Positions 55,689-64,000 of a stretch of 64,000 nt of DNA are shown in pieces. A program made the translations under genes and the position numbers. The notes under the pieces were generated by a model, which searched no databases, was not told the origin of the DNA, and saw only the letters and a list, made by a program, of their open reading frames with translations. Origin of the DNA: Thalia democratica. Its lineage: Eukaryota. How positions within the stretch are numbered: the first letter of the stretch is position 1; each line of letters starts with the position of its first letter. The stretch covers positions 50,716,001-50,780,000 of the forward strand of contig OZ241826.1 of the NCBI GenBank assembly GCA_965202585.1. The letters run 5' to 3'.

Positions 55689-57218
55689 GTAAAGTAATAA
55701 AACAGCCAAACTGAGGTAACATTTCTTCTAAAGTTTTGAAGTGTTGCGCTTAAAATAGTTTAGAAGTCATTTCATTCGAACAAGGAATATTTTTTCTATT
55801 TGATTCTTTTACGCGTCAATCTTTGTAAAATTAATAAATAAAGGAAAGTTATATTAAAAAATAAGAATATTCTCTAAAGTATTTAGAATCAAAATACATT
55901 AAAATAGTTAATGTTGAGATCAAACTTTATTTATAACAGTACTTGTAAACATAGTACCTAATTGTACTAAATTTTGATAGTTTGTTAAAACTTAAAATAA
56001 AAATTTTGATATTGAAGTAATTATAAACAATAAATATGGCTTATAACAATTTTAGCATGAACTAAACAACTTTTAAAGTAGGATAGTTATCGTATTTTTT
56101 ATAATTGCTTAACCAGTAAGTTTTAATTTCGTCATGAACTATTAATAAGTTTAAAAAAAATTGTAAATAAACGTTCAAACTTTACTTTGAAACGAAAACA
56201 TTTTTCAAACAGTTTCAACTATTTTTTTATTACCTTTACATTTTTGTTTTTAGAATAATTAATTTTGAGATTATTAGATTAAAATTTGTGTATTCATTTT
56301 TTATTCTATTATAGTAATCATACTTTAAATTGTTAATTTTATATTGTTACTAAATTTATTTTATTTAGGTACGAGTTTTATTGTATATCTTACTTTAAAC
56401 GTCCTAAATTTAACTAATCATTAACTTATTTAGTTTAGAACACAGTTTTCGTTTTGTCTTAATTTTTTTTTGAATAAAATTTTTATTAAAGAATATTTTG
56501 ATAAAAAAATTATCAAAATTCGAAATTTTAAGTAAACTTTACTAAATAATACAAACTAAGCTATATAAAACCGTTTATTAATACTACACACTAATTTTTG
56601 TTTGTGTATTTTCTCTGCAATCTATATAGATTAATTAATAACTTGGTAAATTAATAGTTGTGTTATTTTTTTTAAGATTGCAAAATGTAATTAATTTTGC
56701 GTACTTGACGTACAAAACATGTTTAAAAACTAGTTATAACTACCTTTTTATACGAGGTATATATTTTTTTGATTCAAACAAAGAAACATGCTTATTGAAG
56801 TAAGAAGTAGTTGTCTCAAGTATGTAACTTTTTCACTTATTTAATTGCTAATTCTCAGTTAAAGCTGGCGGTATATCCCTTTCAATTAATAGAATAAGTA
56901 GTTGATAAGAAAAAGATGGGGCGATATTAAGTAATTGGATTTTTGAGTTTATTAGTACTTACGTTATCAAAACCATAACATTTTTTTTCCTGACGTAAAG
57001 TTTTAAGAGGAAAAATCTAAAACATTAAAAATTTTAAAAATTTTACTAAAAGAGTCATTTTTAAAGCAAATAATTAAATTTTTTCAGTCTTAAAACTTTT
57101 ATTTTTCGTAAAATTTCTTTTTGCTGCTTGTTGTTCTAAAAGTTGTTTGCTAAAACTGTTGCTTCTACCAGACAAATATACTAAATTTTAAGGGTTTTAG
57201 TGTAAAACAAAAAAGATA

Positions 57219-57312
57219 CTATTGTTTATTTAACGGTAAAAGAAAAGCACTCAAAAAGTTTAGTCTAAGGACCTCAGGTGCTAAGGATCATTTCGGTTAT
57301 CGAGTCGTACAC
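57219..57312 (-). repeat. GTCCTG-family repeat, copy D (further truncated)
   Basis: Reverse strand GTGTACGACTCGATAACCGAAA...GGTCCTTAGACTAAACTTTTTGAG. Confidence 0.75.
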
Positions 57313-58879
57313 GGCATATTATAATAATAATAAACTATAAGTTTTTTAAAATTATTTAAATTTCTACATTTGTAATATCAATAATTTTAGTTTTATCTTA
57401 ATCTATAATAATAAATTAAAAAATTCATATGAGCTACATATTACTTTAATTTTTCGTTCAGATGAACTCTTTTTTTGTACATAGCATTATTTTTATGGTA
57501 ATGAAATTTTTTCTCAAACACTTACAATCAGAAAAGTTTATACTACATAAAAAACTAAAAGTATATAAGTTAAAAAGTTCATGTCTAGATTGAACTGATA
57601 AGTAGAAACAAATTAGTATTACATGATTTTCTACTCGCTAAAAATACTTACTTAATTTTAGAAAGAAAAAATAGGATATTTATCATATGTACACTAAGTT
57701 AAAGGTTAAATTATAAAAAATTTAGTTTTTGTTCATTACAGCTTATAAATTCAAATTTTAAATTATTTAAAAAATACTCTACTTTGTTTTTTTTTTTTTT
57801 GAGAAGATGCTAATATTTTACATTGAAAAACTATTCAGAATTTTATAAACTGTTTTTTTTAATAGTGCTACAAACCGGATTAATACACTGAAAAGGACAA
57901 ATGTAGTTTTCGTTAGGAATTTTTCTTTTTATAGTTTATAAAGCTAATAAAAGAAAAATTTGGAGTTTGTAGTCTAGAATATTACTTTATAAAACATATA
58001 TTTCGGTAAACAGAAGTTATAAGCTAAAAAACTATATTAGTATAAAATATCACTCTTTAATTTTTTCAACAGTACATTTTCAAAACAAAAGTATGTACTA
58101 TATATGCTATGAATTTCAATATTTTGTTAAGAAAAATTTTGGTTCTACAAGAACCTTTCAAAAAGAAGTTACCACATTTTAATTTTGCAATGTACAGCAG
58201 TTTGTTAAAAAATCATTATTTCATATAAACAACAAATTAACTTTGGAAAATATACGATATAAACCGGTTTTAACATATTATAAGCTTAATTGTCAATTTA
58301 AATTTCAGGTATATAACCTTCCTAAATACGTTTAAACACGTTTTGAACGTAAAATTATGTTTTTTCTTATCAATGTACGAATGTAAAGTTTATTTAAAAA
58401 ACTTACTTTTTTTTTTGGTATTTTTTTATTAATGTGGATAGTTTTATTTTTTGCTGTAAAAATTGTTCAATATAAAAAAAGTAATTATTAATACTTTTAT
58501 GACATCTAACGGTTTAATTAATTAAATAATATCTATTATTATTTTTTAGAGCTATATGATAGACTAAGAATAGAAAGCTTCATAAGGTTTTATATTTCCT
58601 TTAGGTTTGTTTTAAGCATAAATAAGGTATAAGTGATATTTTAGTTTGTAACAAAAAGGTATCAAATAAACTTCATATAGTCACATATCTAGAAATATAA
58701 AATTTAAAGGGGTAAAATACAATCAAACAGTTCGATGAAAATAATATTGATAATTTATATATTTTTAATCTTTTAAGAAAGTTTCACACGCATTAGAACT
58801 TTGATTTTTCTAATTTCTTAAGCATATAATAATTACTATTCAATAAAAAAATACAAATTTCTTTTTTTGTGTTATACAT

Positions 58880-59760
58880 CAATATAAAAAAAATTAACTT
58901 ACCTGATGGATATAAGCTTAAGGTAAAATATAAATCATTATTTTACTAATACAAGCTAATGGCGTCAAAATGTTATTTTAAAACTGTATTTTGTCATTTT
59001 TGAAAGCAAACAAATTTATAAAACAACTTTTAGAAAATAAAATAGTTGGTACATGAAGTATCAGTTATATCACTCGGTTTAGAAAGTACTAATAAAAAAT
59101 CATTTAACAAGTATGACTACAAAAATTATTTTAAATCGAAGTTTTATACTTCTTAGCTAACTTTGTTTTGTTGTGTTTGTAAAACAGTTACAAATAAATT
59201 TTGTAACAAGGAATAACTTTAAAGTAGTAGTATTGACTACTTAAAACTAAGTTAGAAATATTTCTAAAAGGTTGTTTTTCTTAATTAGTTTCATTCATAG
59301 AAAAGATTTAACTAGGCACTTAAAATTATTACAAAAAAGAAAGACTAAAGAAATAAAAATATCTTGACTCATATAAGTCTTAATTATAAAATCAAGCATA
59401 ATCTACAACAGTACAGGCAAAAAAAAAAAGGTTGCGGATGGAACTATGTAGAAAAAGTCTATAGCGAGACGCTGTCATTTAAAATAAATGTGACAAACAA
59501 TAATAAACTATCACTTCATAACTGAAAATGTAAAAACAAATAAAACAACAAAGCATTACTATTTTTAGTTATTCAATTAAAAGCATAATCGTTTATCGAT
59601 TATTAGCATAATCGTTAGTTTTACCATATATTAACGTACGATTTTAGCTAAAAGTTTATGGGCGGCCGCACATACCGACCTCTGTTCAAGAGTGATGATT
59701 AGTTTGTAAAGAACTTATATGAACAATGAATAAAATGTAACCTGACAGAGATTTTTAAAC
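58880..59760 (+). repeat. Diverged direct duplication, copy 1
   Basis: Collinear shared blocks with copy 2: CTTACC, AAGTATCAGT, AAATCGAAGT, TTAGCTAA, ATCTTGACT...AGTCTTAATT, TGTGACAAA, TACGATTTTAG, CGCACATAC, ACCTCTGTTC, ATGAATAAAA. Confidence 0.75.
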
Positions 59761-59853
59761 TTAAATTTTTCATGACTTTAACTTTTTTTAACTATTACGC
59801 TAAAATCAAGGTATGTGTAATTATTTAAAATCCTGTAAATTAATTACTTTTTT

Positions 59854-60292
59854 GATTGGCTGTATCAAATAACTTTTTTTTTTAACTGTGTAGTTTTACT
59901 TCTACTTAAAAAATTTATATAAGGTAACCTATATACAACTTTACTTAATTTTAAGAGTATTTAATCTAATTTAAAAGCATTATAATAACTTTTTTGAGCT
60001 GTTGATAGACTTTTTTTATCTTAAAAAGAATTAACAAACAAGCATGTTTATTAAACTATTTGAACCTCTATGCAATTCCTATTCAACTTATTTATAAAGT
60101 TGATAACATTAATTATGGTAAATTAAATTAACACAAAACTATTAGATTTTTTAGGATATTGGCAACACTTACTGATTGTTTTATCAAATAAAGATTTCAA
60201 AGTTTGCTGAGTTTTGTGTTATAACTCTTTTTTTTATATTTTACAATTTAATTATATAAGCTTAAAGTAAAAGTTAGTTTAAATGATTGGCT
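59854..60292 (+). promoter_or_regulatory. Two NF-Y/CCAAT boxes (GATTGGCT at 59854 and 60285) upstream of the orphan ORF
   Basis: Both are exact reverse complements of AGCCAATC. Confidence 0.35.
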
Positions 60293-60397
60293 TTAAATTC
60301 TTGTATTAACACTCGCTAAAAGTATTCATTTTTCTTTCTTGTAATACAATCATCTATTAAATTTCAAGGTAAGTTTATCTTGTAATCTAATAGAAAA

Positions 60398-61621
60398 ATG
60401 GCAAAGAACTCCTCTAAAAGAAAACTGTTTTCCAACAAAAGCAACAATACTGGCATATCACAATCAGTATCAAGAAATTTGTATCCGAACACAGTATCTA
60501 CATCCAGTTGCAAAGGTAATAATGCCAGCATCACTCATTGCTCAAAAATCTATGGCTCTGACTGCTTGCATGACGGAAAACTGAGTTTTTTGAGGCAAAA
60601 ACTGTTCAAAGGTGATGATCTGATGACTGTTTGTCAAGTTTTGAAGCATCATGGAAATACAATGTTAGAGCTTCAAGATAGACAGCTATCTTTTTTGGCC
60701 CTGGATAATGCTGAGAAACGACGTGTTAAACGGAAGACCATTATGTACCTTGGAAAAAGTTTCAATCCCACCAACAAACCTTGCAATTGCAAGAAGACTA
60801 GTTACAGGTCGCGTGAGCAATGTGCCACAGTATATTTTTCTGATGAAAAACGGAATGAGCAAAAACTTAAAAAGATTGAAGACACGAGCAACGAGCTTAT
60901 AAAACTAATGAGACTTATTGAAAAAAAGCTGCCGACTGCAAGTCCATTCCGTAAAACAAAAGATGTAAAGTTTCTGGAAAATTTTATTATCAAGCTTCAG
61001 AACTTTAAATGTTCCATTAATACCTCTACTCCAGCTAAAGGCCACGGAAGAGGTTCTGTTTCAAGATTAACCGACAATCTCTGTAATATTTCCGCAGTGA
61101 CGACACTAAAAAATGTCGATAAAAAAGTTACACCGGAGAACAGCATATTAAAAGACCAGTCTGTTTTGAAAAACATTGAAAACGTGAAAAAGATAAACAA
61201 GTCAATTGTGACAACAGCGAAGCGTAACACGATGACGAGCAACTTGTTCATTGATCCGCCTTCTTCTACCGACTTGGATCAATACGACAAGCAACTGGCG
61301 GTTAAAAAGGATCAAAACAGCGCGGTAGCAAATGAAGCAGTCAAGACTGATCGCTTTACAAAAATTGGCGGGAAAACTACAACCAAAAAATACTCAAAAG
61401 CTGTAAAGAAGCTGACAAATGATGGTAAACGTCATACGCATACAAACAAAGCCAACAGCAAGTCTGCAAAATGCATCATAGTTACCGATGATGATGATAG
61501 CGATTATGTGCGAGCTAAAAAAGCTTTCTATTCAGGTTGTGTAACGAAACGTGCAGATTCAGGCACTGATTACGAAACAATAACACGCTTCAAAAAATCT
61601 ACCAGAGAAGGAAATAACTAA
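60398..61621 (+). CDS. Hypothetical 407-aa Lys/Ser/Thr/Asn-rich basic protein, single long ORF, no family recognised
   Basis: 1224-nt ATG-initiated open frame in DNA where chance ORFs are under 100 codons; exon-like GC content; acceptor-like AATAG 5 nt before the ATG. Confidence 0.7.
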   Translation: MAKNSSKRKLFSNKSNNTGISQSVSRNLYPNTVSTSSCKGNNASITHCSKIYGSDCLHDGKLSFLRQKLFKGDDLMTVCQVLKHHGNTMLELQDRQLSFLALDNAEKRRVKRKTIMYLGKSFNPTNKPCNCKKTSYRSREQCATVYFSDEKRNEQKLKKIEDTSNELIKLMRLIEKKLPTASPFRKTKDVKFLENFIIKLQNFKCSINTSTPAKGHGRGSVSRLTDNLCNISAVTTLKNVDKKVTPENSILKDQSVLKNIENVKKINKSIVTTAKRNTMTSNLFIDPPSSTDLDQYDKQLAVKKDQNSAVANEAVKTDRFTKIGGKTTTKKYSKAVKKLTNDGKRHTHTNKANSKSAKCIIVTDDDDSDYVRAKKAFYSGCVTKRADSGTDYETITRFKKSTREGNN

Positions 61622-62959
61622 AATTATTCAGTTAATACAATTTTTTTGACTATGATGAAAACGGTTTGACACAGTCTGGTTCAAAGAAATTCTCTGAAAG
61701 CCTAAAGAAGATCAAACTGCGAAACACCATGTTGAACAATGAAAGTTCGGATTATTGAGCAAGAATTTAAACTTTTCTTATTGAAGATATTTCGGAACGT
61801 GCACCGGTATAAGTTATTTTTCTATTTTATTACTAAGTGAACAAATACGGTATGTGTTATATTGTTGCTGTGTTATAAGTTGTTTTTTTTTTGTTTAATT
61901 CGAAGTTATAGTTTTTGAGTGCATTTATTACATAAATAAATTTCAAAGAAAATATATCTCTGAGTATATATACTATATAAATTTACAAAAGCTGTAAATA
62001 ACTATCGAGTTACATACAAATTTGACATTAAACCATCCAAGATGAAGATTGAAAATTTAAATTATTTTTTTAAGACACACAACATACTTTTACCGCAAAT
62101 TAGAGTTACAAAGTGTGAATCTTATTCAAACAGAATTAGCTGTAAAAAACTACTGAAGCTTAATTTTGCAGTTTTTTAAAGAAAATAAATTTAAGTCATG
62201 CACGGAGTTTGATACATATCTGCAAAAACAATCATTAAATTTACGTTTTTAAATTTATAGTTTGAAAGACTCTGCTTTATGAGTTTAGGTTGCTTTTGCA
62301 ATTAATTAGCACAGCTAAAAATGTATAGTCTATATATGAATGTTTACTCTTTAGCACTTTCTGTTTTCCTAGGTATAATATTTAAATAACTTAGAAATAA
62401 ATCTGAGCCAAATAGCTTTGTTTAATTTTAAAACGCAAACTAATAAACATATCTGACTAATTTTTAATGTTAAAGGGAAATAAGAAGTAAAAATAAATTT
62501 ATTAAGTTATTTTGCAATTAGATTCCTTATGTTTGACCAAAAGCTTTGATAAAAGTAATAAATAAAATTTAATCTATGTTTTTAGCGGTTCATTTAACTC
62601 TTGGTAATTAGAAAATAAAGGGCTTTAATTATTAACTATGCATGCTTAGACACTCATGCACAAGTTTATATATTACTAGATGTTTTGATAATTGTTAAGT
62701 GTATCATTTTAGGTTTAACTGCTGCCCATGAAATATTTAAAACATTTTAATTGTAAAATGTTAAATTTTACAAACAGTTTTGAATTGTAAAAGATGTTTT
62801 GATTTTTTTTTGAAGTACTTTGAGGTATATGAGACTTTTTAAATTAAAATAAAAGTATAAGACATTAATTTTCAATCATGAGAATTCATATAGATCGTAT
62901 AAAACTTTAAGAAAAAAATATTTTTTAGTAATTAATGGTAAAAAGTTTTTTTTTGCTAA

Positions 62960-64000
62960 ATATATTATAAAAAACTGAACTTACCGAATGGTTTAAAGCT
63001 TTAAATAAAAAAACTTAACAGTGTTAAAATTTTGTTAGAAAGCTATATTCTATCATTAGTTTTATTATAATTTAATTAGAGGTTAACTAAATTTCTAAAA
63101 CAAACTTTTAGGGAATATAATATTCTATGAATTAAGTATCAGTAATTTTTTAGCTAAAACAAGTAGCAATAACAAATACCTAAACAAGAATGGTAATAAA
63201 AAATATCATAAATCGAAGTGAGTTAATCTTTTTAGCTAATCTTGTTTTGTTGTTAAAATATTAACTAATAAATATTTAATCAGAATATTTTTCAAAATCG
63301 TATCCTATTGATACTAAATAATTGAAAAAAAAATTCTAAATTATGTAATTAAAATAAAAGAGTTAGTTGTGCACTTGAAGTTATTACAATAAAAAAAGAA
63401 GACCGACTTTTAGTAAAGAAAATGAGGTTATCTTGACTTATCTGAGTCTTAATTGTAAATTAATTCAAAATATACGCATGGTTCGGTAGTGTTGTATAAA
63501 TAACGGGCAAAACAGCTGGTCAAGAGCCGCATTGTGTAGAAAACCTCTTGATCGGGACGCAATTATATAAAATAAGTGTGACAAAAAACAATTAAATACT
63601 GCTTATAAACAAAATATTATTAAAATATGTAACGTCCTGAACAAGACATTAAACCGTATCCAAGTAGTGTACGACTCGACAACCGAAAGTTTTTCTCGTA
63701 AACTAGGACCTTGGACCAAAATAAAGAGTTATAGCTTTTTTGTCGTAATTGTAATATATCGCTTTTTTTGTCGTAATTCATTATTATAATAACGAACCAT
63801 TAATAGTTACTTATTAAAAATTTAAGAACTTAATTGTGTGTCCTTACAATAATTTATTGCTTTGGTTAAAGTACGATTTTAGTTGAAAGCTTATCGCAAG
63901 TCGCACATACATACCTCTGTTCTAGAAAGATACTTTATTGTTAAACAATTATTATGAACTATGAATAAAAGTTAACTTGACTGAGATTCTCAAACATAAA
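62960..64000 (+). repeat. Diverged direct duplication, copy 2 (interrupted by repeat copy E; runs off the window)
   Basis: Offset to copy 1 is ~4080 bp before and ~4235 bp after the inserted repeat. Confidence 0.75.
63634..63779 (+). repeat. GTCCTG-family repeat, copy E
   Basis: GTCCTGAACAAGACATTAAACCGTATCC...GTGTACGACTCGACAACCGAAAG...; tail TTTTTTGTCGTAATT is duplicated. Confidence 0.8.

Noticed and set aside
60776-60830. Tesmin/CXC domain in the orphan ORF (KPCNCKK)
   Set aside because: The following CLKLYCxC cysteines are absent
61648-61758. Coding-like 36-codon frame (DYDENGLTQSGSKK...) after the orphan ORF
   Set aside because: Different frame, preceded by in-frame TAA; no splice or slippage route that avoids the stop at 61619
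59300-63990. Stop-codon reassignment to explain shared stops in the duplicated segments
   Set aside because: The 1971-codon ADAMTS frame has no internal stops and ends in TAA, so the standard code applies
1-64000. CRISPR arrays, rRNA, U12-type introns, prokaryotic operons
   Set aside because: No repeat-spacer arrays, rRNA-like sequence or RTATCCTT donors; the gene structure is spliceosomal

Overview
AT-rich nuclear DNA from an invertebrate animal (introns and intergenic DNA very AT-rich, exons clearly more GC-rich; compatible with a hydrozoan such as Hydra, but the taxon cannot be fixed from sequence alone). The main feature is one complete minus-strand gene for an ADAMTS9/20 (GON-1)-type secreted metalloprotease, assembled by hand from 39 GT-AG-bounded coding exons (35732 to 7837). 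The exons total 5916 nt = 1971 aa plus stop, and every intron phase is consistent. Domain order: signal/anchor, prodomain, furin site RKKR, catalytic domain with HEIGHLLGAMHD, disintegrin-like domain, TSR1, Cys-rich region, spacer, 14 further TSRs, C-terminal GON domain. Several introns hold GC-richer non-coding islands rich in ETS cores. These include a CCAAT/GC-box/TATA internal-promoter candidate (intron 8) and two in-frame candidate alternative exons (introns 2 and 6). Elsewhere the window contains two pogo/Tigger-type deletion derivatives, five copies of an unclassified ~120-150 bp repeat (two form a hairpin around a decayed tRNA-Lys gene), and a 407-aa orphan ORF bracketed by a diverged direct duplication. 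No CRISPR array, rRNA or prokaryotic features were seen.
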